From: Blasia pusilla
Lineage: Eukaryota
Assembly (NCBI GenBank): GCA_050084515.1
Contig: CM114271.1
Location: 16,492,001-16,556,000 of the forward strand
Reading direction: 5' to 3'
Length of the DNA stretch: 64,000 bases
Below, in pieces: positions 1 to 11,287 of the stretch. Numbering within the stretch: the stretch's first letter is position 1; every line of letters begins with the position of its first letter. The position numbers were made by a program, and so were the translations under genes. The notes under the pieces are model-generated. The model did no database searches. It had not been told where the DNA came from and was given only the letters and a program-made list of their open reading frames with translations.

Positions 1-2007
1 CTTGAGGAGACCGATCGGGGCGTCCTTTCGATTGCACGATTGGAGCATGTTGGGGCTTGGAGTGGTGCTCACCAAAGCATGATGATGAGGGTAGAGAGTT
101 TGTGGTGGCTTACGCTAGCCGCTCGAACAACGCCGCAGAGGCGAAATCGGCTTGTATGAGGGTGAGTTTGGTCGGTGTGGGTTGTCGCGCATTTTAGGTG
201 TTACTTATTCGGCAACCCCTTTACCATCATCATCGATCATCAACCACCGAAGTGGTTGATGGAGTCCGACAAGCTTACAGGGAAGCTTGCGAGATGGGCT
301 CTGTTGTTGCAGGAGTATGATTTTTGGTACATAGACCTGGAACGCTCAACCAGGATGTAGATGGGTTGAGTTGTAACCCATGCCCGAGTCAGCGAGATGC
401 GATTGGATCTCGATGGCATGGAGAGAGTGATGAGGAGTCGGTGCCAGGATGGCACGCGTCAGCCTATTTAGGCATGTTGGCTATGGAGAGCCAGAGTGTG
501 GAGACTTTGATGGCGAGGTCTAGTGGAGAGTCTTTGGATCCCGAGGCGGTGAGGACACGACAAGTGGCGAGATATTCATGATGATGGAGTAGTCTTAGAG
601 TACCTTCAGACATCGGCAGCCTTGCAAGCACCATGGATGCTAGAGAGCGGGATCGGATCCTACAGCGGGCCAGACGGTTCCGTTGGGAGGGGACACATGT
701 TTTGAGGGTTTGGGAGGATGGCAGAGTACCGCGAGTGCCGCATCCTTTGCAGAGAGCACGACTAGTGCAACATGCCCACGAGGAGTTGGGTCACTTTGGG
801 GTGAAGCGGACGTATAGCTTGCTCCGGATTCAATATTGGTGGCGAGGCATGCAGGCAGGCGTTCAGCAGCTTTGTTGCCAAGTGCATGGTGTGTGATCGG
901 GTCCGAGCATCGTTCAATGCTCGACTCCACAATTGCATCCATTACCGATCATGGGCTTAGGGTATAGATGGAGTTTGGATTTTGCGGGACCTTTGCCCTT
1001 GACGGAGCGCCACGATCGTTATGTGTTGGTGATGGTGAGCACTTCTCGAAGTGGATCGAGTTGGTTGCATTGCCGACAAAGCAAGTGAGGGAGTAGCTTA
1101 TGCCTTCCTTGACAGAGTCTTTGAGTCATTATGGCGCACCGGTGAGGTGTTGATGACCAGGGTACCGAAGTTTCGCGGTGAGTTCCAGGCCTTGTGTGAC
1201 GGGCGATCGACCATCGCGCGACCGCGAGATCATCCCGAGGCGGATGGATTAGCGGAGAGAGTTGTGCAGACGGTGAAGAGGCGTTTACGCAAGTATGGCT
1301 TGCAGAGAGGTCACCTAGGAGATTGGGACCTCTAGTTGCTATGGTTGGCGATGGGATACAGATTCAGCAGGCAGGCATCCTTAGCGTCTTTTTCACCGTA
1401 CTTGCTACTTTATGGCCGAGAGCCACATTTACCTGCGGCCATTCGTCGAGATGCTGGTGAGATGGTGAACCTTGATGACCCAGATGTATGGGTGCGAGCA
1501 TGTTCTCAGAGGGCTGAGTTATTTCGGAGAGTGATGCTCATGGCGTTCGAGAACTTGGCGATTGCACAGCATCGGGATACGTTGAGGTATGCGACTATTT
1601 GAGGTGGTAGTTATCGACCAACTATCCGGAGGTTTCATCAGGGAGATTATGTCTATTTGCAGCAGACGGCACCGATGATGTTGGATGTGACTGCAGGGCG
1701 CACTATCCTGAGAGTGCGTGACATTTTGCCATCGGGTGTTCTCTTGCTTGAGGGACGCGATGGTATGGTATGGAATGACCATGTGCGTAATTGTGCGCCA
1801 TGTCACCTTCCTAACATTGATGGTACATTAGATCCGAGCTTAGTAGTAGTTCCTGCAGGCTTGCGTTGTATGTTGTGTGGTTCTGCCCGTGGTGCGGCCA
1901 CGATGCTAGTCTGTGATGGCTGTTCGAGAGGATGGCATATGGCATGTTTGACGCCACCTCTCACTAGGGTTCCTCAAGGACGATGGATGTGTCCCAGATG
2001 TACATAG
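1..2007 (+). pseudogene. Frameshifted pol: RNase H - integrase H2C2 - DDE core - C-terminal PHD finger (1867-2004)
   Basis: KLARWALLLQEYDF; HAHEELGHFG...YWWRGM; HPEADGLAER; PYLLLYGREP; CMLC..CDGC..WHMAC..WMCPRC (C4HC3); stop TAG 2005-2007. Confidence 0.92.
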
Positions 2008-2178
2008 AGAAGGTAGTTCTACATTCCGACTTATGTCTATGACATAGATGACAAGGAGGTGACTAACGATGGGGCCACATGAGCACCCGGCCTTCTTGCT
2101 CTTAGCGTCCGAGAGATGTATGTCATGGTAGGTAGGGATAGATGGCTATCTGGAGTTAGAGGGACCTAACCATGAGCT

Positions 2179-2188
2179 AGGGGGGCGA
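2179..2188 (+). other. Polypurine-tract-like motif immediately before repeat B1
   Basis: AGGGGGGCGA; same motif in the same position in copy 3 (59831-59840, minus strand). Confidence 0.65.
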
Positions 2189-2315
2189 TTGGAGATATTT
2201 TGGTTCTTCTTGTCTCGTTATTTGGATGCCATGAGTTAGCATGAGATCATGCGTGTTTGTGTGTGTATTCGGTGACAGCGATGTATGTTGTGTAGCGATG
2301 TGTATGCGCACGACA
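2188..2315 (+). repeat. Terminal repeat B1 (128 bp)
   Basis: ATTGGAGATATTTTGG...GCGCACGACA; differs from B2 by one substitution and a 2-bp indel. Confidence 0.95.
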
Positions 2316-2317
2316 AC

Positions 2318-2829
2318 TGTCACGTCTTTTAGGATAGATCGGTGGGATCGAATAGAGCACCTTCATGAGTAGTGGAGGACACGCCCAGTAGGTCGAGGGT
2401 GACCATTGAGGCCTTGGAAACCTGAGATAACGAGGTTTCCCCTTCGTTCGGCTCATTTGGAGCCATATTGAGGAACTTACTATTTTAGGTAATTACTATT
2501 TTGAATATATGATCGACTTACTATTTTTGGTAAGTGGCCCTTGACCTCCTACATCAGGTCAAGAGCCAAGGAGGTGACTTGGGAGAATAGGTTACCATGG
2601 AGAGAGCTTGGGAGAGGAGAGGGGTATACCTCAAGGAGAGAGAGCTTGAGAGCTCATTCTCTCTTTATTGAACCTCTTGGCATGAGGCGGCGGAGCTATG
2701 GTACCTTGCCTTGTGAGTGTAACCCAAGCCTCTCATTAGGAGAGTGGGTTTGGTTTGACATGAGATAGAGTGCACACCTTTGAGAGCTATGGTGTGAGAT
2801 GGTGGAGAGAGAGATTAGATATTACTTTA
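2318..2829 (+). repeat. Terminal repeat A2 (~510 bp, LTR-like, starts TGTCAC)
   Basis: Colinear with the reverse complement of 10774-11287; contains hairpin CTTGACCT-cctacatc-AGGTCAAG and a TATA-like GGGGTATA. Confidence 0.93.
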
Positions 2830-2954
2830 TTGGAGATATTTTGGTTCTTCTTGTCTCGTTATTTGGATGCCATGAGTTAGCATGGGATCATGCGTGTTTG
2901 TGTGTGTTCGGTGACAGCGATGTATGTTGTGTAGCGATGTGTATGCGCACGACA
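2829..2954 (+). repeat. Terminal repeat B2 (126 bp), 3' terminus ...GACA
   Basis: Near-identical direct repeat of 2188-2315. Confidence 0.95.
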
Positions 2955-4712
2955 CTAACGATTTGGATCAATTGGTCTTGTGTCTCCCAAGTTTGGATCT
3001 CGAATCACCCTTCAAGCTCAATACATCTACACAAGATTAGATATCGACCTAACCACTCACTCCCTAAGATAGGAGAATATTTCAAGACTTGGGATAGACT
3101 TTCTTAATTGATAGTTTGGGGACTTGAAATGGTACTAGTGGGCAGGGAGGTCCCAAATACCCCATGGACCTCCCTGGGGTATTTGGGACCCGAAACCTTC
3201 ATTGAACAAGTCTTTAATGTACTAAAGATCTAGACAAACAAATGAACATAAGTCTTATAAAGGACCAAAAATTTACAAAATGATAACTTGGGGATTTTGG
3301 CCACAAGGGGCAACACAAAATATTACATGGATAAAAGGATGAGGTGAATTTATTTAGAATAAGATGTAAGGGAAAAATCTCCAAGCATATTTGGAACCTG
3401 ACTCTCATATTGGAAACCATGGGAGGATGAACCAAGGCCACATAATGCATTGAGAGGTTTAATTGAGGATTAACACCAAGTCAAGTCTAGATAATCCAAT
3501 TAAGGATTAACCTTAGAGCTTAACTCATATAATGAGTTTTGATTAAAGTTTTGTCTAGATCTTTAGTACATTGAAATTGAATTCTCACAAGCTTTCTAAT
3601 GCAATCTTATTCATCCCAAATGTCTCTTGGATCTTGAAAATATGGTTCAACATAAAGAAATCAAGGATGTTGTTGACTTGACGGGATTTTTGAAACCAAC
3701 CTTATTGAACAACTACATACACATTCTTGCTTCAAGTTTCAGGGAATAGTTTGCCTTCATCCCTCCCCTTGAAAATATTTAAGCATATTTGTGTGGATGA
3801 ACATGCAACGACTTATGGTGGAAATTTTGTTTTTGAGTTGCCTCGACTGATTGGTCTGGCTCAAAAGAAAGATGGAGGATGCTTGATGGTTATGAATTGA
3901 AAATCTCACTATCATCAATGGTGTGCAGACTACAACGGACAAGTGCTTCCAATACCTTCCATCCAAGTCGGTCCTTTTGATTGTATCTCGTCGCCAATGC
4001 GTTGGAGCCCTAGAGTTTAGAAGTCCTAGCTACATTTTGATCTTAAACACGGAAAACCCCTAGACGTTCAATCAAGTTCCAAGCTAGGTTGAAGTCTCCT
4101 CACAGTTTGACTCTTGTGGGACTTGAGCTCTTCTCAAGTTCCATCCAATGTTTGGTCATGCTCTTCTAAGTCAAAACCACTATATAATCTACAAGGCGTC
4201 CATCAAGGCTCGTGTCTTACTTATGTAACTTATGTTTCACCCATGAGACTTTGATGTATTTGCATCCCATTTGAGGTCACTAGAGTTCACATGTTCCACA
4301 TTGGCTTTCTTTTGGTTTTGAGGCTGCAAATTTTTTTAAAAAAAAGGGCTTCTAATTCTTCTAATGCATCAAATTATTTCCAATTATAGGAAGGATAATT
4401 TTTTTTATACTCGAGGAGATAATGATTACGTTCAAGTATTTATATGAAATTTTTTTGGAATAAATATGATTGGGAGAATGGAAAATGGAAAAGGAAAATA
4501 AATGGATTTCAAAGAATTTTTAATGCCTTGAAATTTGAGAGGCTATTGTATGCACATTTAGTTTTATTAGGAAAAAATGAGCTTCTATACGAATTCTTGT
4601 ATCTTGATAAATCCAAAACCTTCTAAAAGAAGGGGATGGGACTTCCACTTGGATAGTAGCCTTCTTTAAATATCTTATAAATTCTATAAATTCATGTCAT
4701 GAGGAATATATT

Positions 4713-7700
4713 CCACCCCGAATAGTCGCATACCTCAATGTATCCTGATGTTGCGCAATCGCCAAGTTCTCGAACGCCATGGGCATCACTCTCCGAAACA
4801 ACTCAGCCCTCTGAGAACATGCTCGCATCCATACATCTGGATCATCAAGGTCCAGCACCTCACCGTCATCTCGACAAATGGCCGCAGGTAAATTTGGCTC
4901 TCGGCCATAAAGTAGCAACTATGGTGAAAAAGACGCTAAAGATGCATGCCTCCTGAATCTGTATCCCATCGCTAACCAGGGAAAATGGAGGTCCCAATCT
5001 CCTAGGTGACCTCTTTGCAAGCCATACTTGCGTAAACCCCTCTTCACGGTCTGCACAACTCTCTCCGCTAATCCATCCGCCTCGGGATGATCTTGCGAAG
5101 TCGTACGATGGTCGATGAGCGCCTGATCACACAAGGCCTGGAACTCACCGCGAAACTCGGTACCTTGGTCTGTCAACACCTCAGCCGGTGCGCCATAATG
5201 ACTCAACATTCTGTCAAGGAAGGCATAAGCTACTCCCTCACTCGCTTTGTCAGGCAATGCAACCAACTCGATCCACTTTGAGAAGTGCTTGATCATCACC
5301 AACATATAACGACTGTGACGCTCCGTGAAAGGCAAAGGTCCTGCAAAATCCAAACTCCATCTATACCTTAAGCCCATGATCGGTAATGGATGCAATTGTG
5401 GAGTCGGAGCATTGAACGATGCTCGGACCCGATCACACACCATGCACTTGGCAACAAACTGCTGAACGTCAGTCTGCATGCCTCGCCACCAATATTGAAT
5501 CTGGAGCAAGCTATACGTCCGCTTCACCCCAAAGTGACCCAACTCCTCATGGGCATGCTGCACTAGTCATGCTCTCTGCAAAGGATGTGGCACTACGCGT
5601 ACTCTGCCATCCTCCCAAACCCTCAAAACATGTGTCCCCTCCCAACGGAACCGTCTGGCCCGCTGTAGGATCCGATCCCGCTCTCTAGCATCCACGGTGC
5701 TTGCAACGCTGCCAATACGAAGGTACTCCAAGACTACTCCATCATCATGAATATCTCGGCTACTTGTCGTGTTCTCACTGGCCTCGGGATCCAAGGACTC
5801 TCCGCTGGATCTCGCCATCGAAGTCTCCACACTCTGGCTCTCCATAGCCAGCATGCCTAAATAGGCTGACGCGTGCCATCCTGGCACCGACTCCTCATCA
5901 CTCTCTCCATGCCATCGAGCTCCAGTCGCATCTCTTTGACTCGGGCATGGGTTACGACTCAACCCATCTGCATCTTGGTTGAGCATCCTAGATCTCTGTA
6001 CTACGTGAAAATCATACTCTTGCAACAACAGAGCCCATCTCGCAAGCTTCCCTGTAAGCTTTTCAGACTCCATCAACCACTTGAGTGGTTGATGATCAGT
6101 GATGATGGTAAAGGGGTGCCGAATAAGTAACACCTGAAATGCGCGATAGCCCACACCGCAGCCAAGCACTCACCCTCATACGAGCTGTACTTTGCCTCTT
6201 TAGCGTTGTTCGAGAGGCTAGCGTAAGCAACCATGAACTCTCTACCCTCATCATCATGCTGGGTGAGCACCGCTCCAAGCCCCAACATGCTCCAATCTAT
6301 GTGCAACTGGAAAGGACGCCCCCTGATCGATCTCCTTAATATGGGCATGGACATCAACCTGTCCTTGAGCAACAGAAATGCTCGCTCCTGCTCATCCCCC
6401 CAGTGCCACTCGTGATCCACCTTGGTCAACAAGGTCAGCGGCTTCGCAATCGAACTGAATCCCTTGACGTATCGCCGATAGAAGTTCGCCAATCCCATGA
6501 ATGCGTGAACACAACTCACATCCGTAGGGCGTGGAATGCGTGAGATAGCCTCTACCTTCACTGCACATGTGAATCGAACGGGTAATGAGCTAAGGCGCCC
6601 ATCACCTGACCGCCATCCTGGTCTATAGGACGCTGAATCCTCCCAGTAATCCAGGGAAAACCCCATCGGGTATAACACTGCTCCACCAACCAAGACGTCG
6701 TAGGACTCTACATCAGTCACTATCACCTTGGCGCGCACCACGGACTCATCTGTAGGATGTCTTGGGCGAATCCTCACCACGACCTCTTGTCGGGTGATAT
6801 ACTGTGTGGTACTCGCTCCACCCAAGGATGTCTGTATCTGGAATGGACAACGATCCACATCGGCTCTCGTCAAGCCCAATCCTTTGAATGACGCTTTCCC
6901 CAACATCAAGGGTTGCACTCCTGAATCCAACAAGACGCGTTGCGGACTAAAAGCTCTACCTATAGGACTCACCAAGTGGAAGACCTATCCTTGGTTATCC
7001 AACAACACAACACGAGGAGAAGCCATGGCACGCTCTATTGCAGGTCTAGCGGGCATCTCCGCCATCCTAGCAGCCGCAGCCTGCCATGAATCTGACGTGG
7101 ACTGTCCGAGCATCTGCTCCAAGGGCAGGTCCATCACCTCCTATGCAATCACCTCTGAACGTGATGCAAGAACTCCAACTCCGCGCTCACATAGCAAAGC
7201 GGCCAGCCAAAAAGCCTCGGCGGGTGTACCCCCCAACGTCATAACATCGGAAGCAGAAAATAAAGGAGTGCGGTACACAACGGTGGCCGCCCTCAACAAC
7301 GTGCTCGACACATGCCCCTCCTGAGCATCAAAAATAAGAGTCATCGTACTCGCTTCTCCCATCACCCTTCGTGCCTGCACACCAACAACATCACCAACTC
7401 TCCAGGAACTTTGATGAGGACCCATCGATGGGGTCCTCATCGCTTCAGACAACGTGAAAGACTGAGGAAGCCTAGTCTGTTTTCTGGCTTCCCCTTGTTG
7501 TGGATCCAACTCTGCGGCTACTCCACGCGTCACAAGTGCGGCGGCCTCCATTTGGGCAACCCCGCACATCCAACTAGGATCCTCCTGATCTCTGGCTGCT
7601 CCATATAATGTCGATGCCACGGATCCGGCATCGGGTAACCTCAATGCCAAAGTGGAAATCTGCTCATGTAGCTACTGTATCTGAGTAGCCATCCCAGCCT

Positions 7701-9193
7701 CACGTCCGGCGTCTCCCTCGGCGCGTCTAGGTGGTGGTACTCTACCTCTTCCACGGGCAGCTCCACCACCCTGTCGGGCAACTCCAGCTCCTCGTCCCCC
7801 AACGGGACCACCTGGTGCACGATCTCTAGGCCCACCTCGTCCCTAAATGGGACCACCTGGTGCACGATCTCTAGGCCCACCCGTACCGGCTACTCGCTCT
7901 GGTGACCTCTCTAGCCCTCGGTCCGGACGTAACTCAAGATGTAAAGTGAAACACCTGGCGCGTGTATGACCATACCTATGACAATAGTCACACTGATAAC
8001 CTCCTGGTGCATCACCATCTCCTCCTCCAGTTGAGGCACACGTCCATGACCCTGACGAGTGCAATGGCACTGATGATGGGCTCCACCACATGACCAACAA
8101 GTAATAGTAGGCGACTGCTGTTGAGCCGCATATGAAGGCGTAGGTCTCTGTGCCACGGGCTCCCGATATCCTCCCTGAGCTTGTGGTGCCACAATTGACC
8201 TATCTCGGAGTCCACGTTGCTGCACAGGTGGTGTAGCCAATCGCGACTGCTCTCGCCTAGAACCATGGTGGCTACGCTCTCCTCCGCCATATTGCGCTCA
8301 ATGTTCTCGGCGGTCCTAAAAATATCCCTCAACATAGGGGAGGTGTTCATAAGAAGCACCCCTCTTGCACCCGTGGCCGCAGGGTCTGGTCCAACATCGC
8401 GTACCATGACTGGATAGCCTAAGCCTCTATCACCCCCTGAGTGACGTTGATAAACCGGTGCAAGCAAGTGTAAGCCTCATGTAAACTCTCACCCGGGCGC
8501 CTCTGAAAGTTGTGGATGCTCCGCAACTTTTCCGTCCGTACCCCGTAGTAGCTCGCCCTCAACTCAGCAAAGAACTCAATGACGGGATTGAACCTGGGAC
8601 GAACCCGACTAGACGGTGTAACTGCTCCAGTGCGAGTGACCCCTCCTAAAACATCACTATTGGAAGAGGAAGTAGCCTCTCCTGAATCCTCCTCCTCATC
8701 TGGGAATGGCTCCGTCCATGACACATAGTGGGGGTTGTAGTAGAGTCGCCATGCCTCAATCTCCTGGGCATATCTGTGGGAGACCTCATGGTAATTGTCT
8801 ATGGGTGCCCCCTCTAAATACTGGAAATATACCATTCCATGCTGTAAATGGGTTGAACTCTCTAGAGTTCCTGGCCCGCTGGGAGTCGCACCAACTCCTA
8901 AACTTTGCTATGAAATCATGCAACTCAATCGTACCTACTGCACCTGAAAACCTACGCGGTCCTCTACCCCGGTCGTCCATCTCGTACGCCCAATCGGTAG
9001 GACCATTCACAATGTGTGGCGACATGCTCTCAAACTCCTCTACACCCTCCCCCTTGTCTGACGATGATACAAAAGGAGGTCGAGTTGGTCCCTGAAGTGA
9101 AGACCCTCGGAACCTCACGCCACTACGCGTAAAACCTCTAGAGCTACTCTCGGGTTCACCACCTTGCCTCTCAAAGTCCCGAATGGACGCCAT
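4713..9193 (-). pseudogene. Degenerate gag-pol (gag, 2 Zn knuckles, aspartic protease, RT thumb/RNase H, integrase)
   Basis: FQRRPGESLHEAY (gag); CWSCGGAHHQCHC and CDYCHRYGHTRARC; RVLLDSG; FMGLANFYRRYVKGFS; WSLDFAGP, TDQGTEF, ADGLAER; several frameshifts and stops. Confidence 0.9.
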
Positions 9194-10773
9194 GATGACC
9201 CTCGTGCCCTTCTCACCCGATCACTCTTGCCTCGCGAGTAATCCCTCAATCACTCATCCCAAACATGCGGCACTCGATCTACACTCTCCCTCCGCGAGAC
9301 ATGTAACGTGCGGCAATAAGCGGCGTGGTGGGGCAAATCGACCACGCTATCATTTCATCGATAACCTACCCTCAACTCCGGACATCCCACACAGGTCTAT
9401 GTCCCCTAAACCACATACATAAATGATGCTCTCAACATCCACACACCCAGTATCCCCAAATAAACTAACCAAATCCCAGAATCCCTCACACGTGCAGGGT
9501 AAAGGACCAGAATGGGTAACCTGAACACATGTCAATGTCGCTCCTCAGCAAATGCAAATCTCGACCCCAACTCGGTCATGGAGAAACTCCTCCAATCAGC
9601 AAGTCATACTCCTCCCGTACTGACGTTGCTCAAAACTCCTCGATAGACGGTGCGGTTCCAACGGAACGGTACGGCGTTGCAGGCGGCACGGAACGGCTAC
9701 GAACGGCACCGCCCTCGATGATGGATGCGGCACTCGGCGCCATACCCTCCTCAATCAACAATAAACCCACACTTTGCTCCATAATGCCGGAGCGGCTCCG
9801 CGATCAACACGGTGCGGTGTGGCCACGAGCGGCACGACGCGGCAATCGGCGACGCGTTGCGGCTACGGGCGTCACGGCACGGTACCCGATCGTCGTTGAG
9901 CGGCTACCAATCACAACATAGCAGCATGAAATCAAAACTTAAACACTATAACAAGAGGTCATATGCCATCACATGTTGATGACAGTGGCGGCCAAAACAA
10001 AATACGTGATGGCGACGCAAGTCTGAGAATCAACGAACGTTGTGGAAGACCCTCCACTCCGTAACGGCGAAAATGGCAACCAAGGGTGGACAACGGACGG
10101 TGGACCATTGACGGTGATGGTTGACCATTGATGGTGACGGCCGAACGGTGATGGTGATGGCGATTTTGATGGTTGACGATGACTATGATTGATCATGTGG
10201 CGGCTGGTTTAGGTTTTGCACAATTTAACCCTAAAAATCGCCTAGCAATGGCAGTTTTCAAGATTGATCATAACTTTTTGCTCGCAACTCCAAATTGCGC
10301 ATTGTTTGTTGCACAGCGTGCACAACTTCACAATCTACGCCAACATCCAGAAAAATTGGAAATTCCAGTAAAAACTGACGGGGATTGTCGTAAAGCCCAA
10401 TGTCTCTTTCTCCTACACAAAATTCGGCAGCACTTCCGCGCTGATTTCTCCCAACAAAAATGTAAAACCTATAAAAATGCAAATCAGCAAGCGACATGAA
10501 GCTCCCAAAAGCACCGGAATGGGGCAACCCGCCCCCATACTCAATCCCTATCAGAAATTGGGCAGCGCTTCCGCGCGCCACTCTTCCACATGAAAAATCG
10601 GCAAATGCAAAGAACAATCCAAGCAACCCTTGCTCCGCTGAGCACTCCCATGAGCCGTTGAACGGAGAACACGGTCCCCAACCTGCAAAAACAGTGAATG
10701 ACCAGCGAGCTCCCCCATGAAGCTCTCTCACTCTCTCATTCTCTCATTCTCGCATTCTCGCATTCTCTCTTTG

Positions 10774-11287
10774 TAAAGTAAGATCCAATCTCTCTCTACA
10801 CAATCTCACACCATAGCTCTCAAAGGTGTGCACTCTCTCTCATGTCAAACCAAACCCACTCTCCTAATGAGAGGCTTGGGTTACACTCACAAGGCAAGGG
10901 ACCATAGCTCCATTGCCTCATGCCAAGAGGTTCAACAAAGAGAGAATGAGCTCTCAAGCTCTCTCTCCTTGGGATATATACCCCTCCCCTCTCCCAAGCT
11001 CTCTCCATGGTAACCTATTCTCCCAAGTCACCTCCTTGGCTCTTGACCTGATTAGGAGGTCAAGGGCCATTTACCAAAAATATAAAGCCGATCATATATT
11101 CAAAATGGTATTTACCTAAAATAGTAAATTCCTCAATGTGGCTCCAAATGAGCCAAAACGAAGGGGAAGCCCGCACTCTCAGGTTTCGGGCCTCAGCAGG
11201 TCATCCTCGACCTCCTAGGCCTGTCCTCCACTACTCTTGAAGACGCTCTACTAGATCTCACCAATCTATCCTAATAGATCGGTGACA
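10774..11287 (-). repeat. Terminal repeat A1 at the 5' end of copy 2 (not followed by B or by a TGG-type PBS)
   Basis: Reverse complement aligns with 2318-2829; on the element strand it is followed by CAAAGAGAGAATGCGAGAATGCGAG... Confidence 0.92.

Larger units (their letters stand above)
1..2954 (+). mobile_element. Ty3/Gypsy-type retrotransposon with PHD-finger integrase, copy 1 (3' part, runs off window start); ends PPT-B1-A2-B2
   Basis: RNase H, H2C2, DDE integrase and PHD ORF fragments followed by a purine tract and repeats B-A-B ending ...GCACGACA at 2954; homologous to 4713-11287 and 59704-61301. Confidence 0.92.
4713..11287 (-). mobile_element. Same Gypsy family, copy 2: 5' repeat A1, ~1.6 kb leader, gag-pol; RT core deleted; 3' truncated before the PHD finger
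   Basis: Begins TGTCAC at 11287 (minus); gag, two CCHC knuckles, protease LLDSG, RNase H, integrase; homology to the other copies stops at ~4713 (RYATIRGG). Confidence 0.92.

Noticed and set aside
2800-2845. TGGTGGAGA / TGGAGAT as a tRNA-Ala-type PBS at the A-B boundary
   Set aside because: Short match, not conserved in A1, and located at the 3' end of the element
2955-4310. Possible additional LTR-element sequence (shares GATCTAGACAAACA.ATGAACA with ~43187; similar style at 11300-12660)
   Set aside because: No coding motifs or definable termini; cannot classify by eye
7793-7881. 45-bp tandem duplication inside gag
   Set aside because: Ordinary in-frame slippage repeat in a low-complexity gag linker
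1-11287. Classifying the split-repeat element as a DIRS/Ngaro tyrosine-recombinase element
   Set aside because: No YR ORF seen; it has an aspartic protease and H2C2 + DDE integrase in Gypsy order and TG...CA ends
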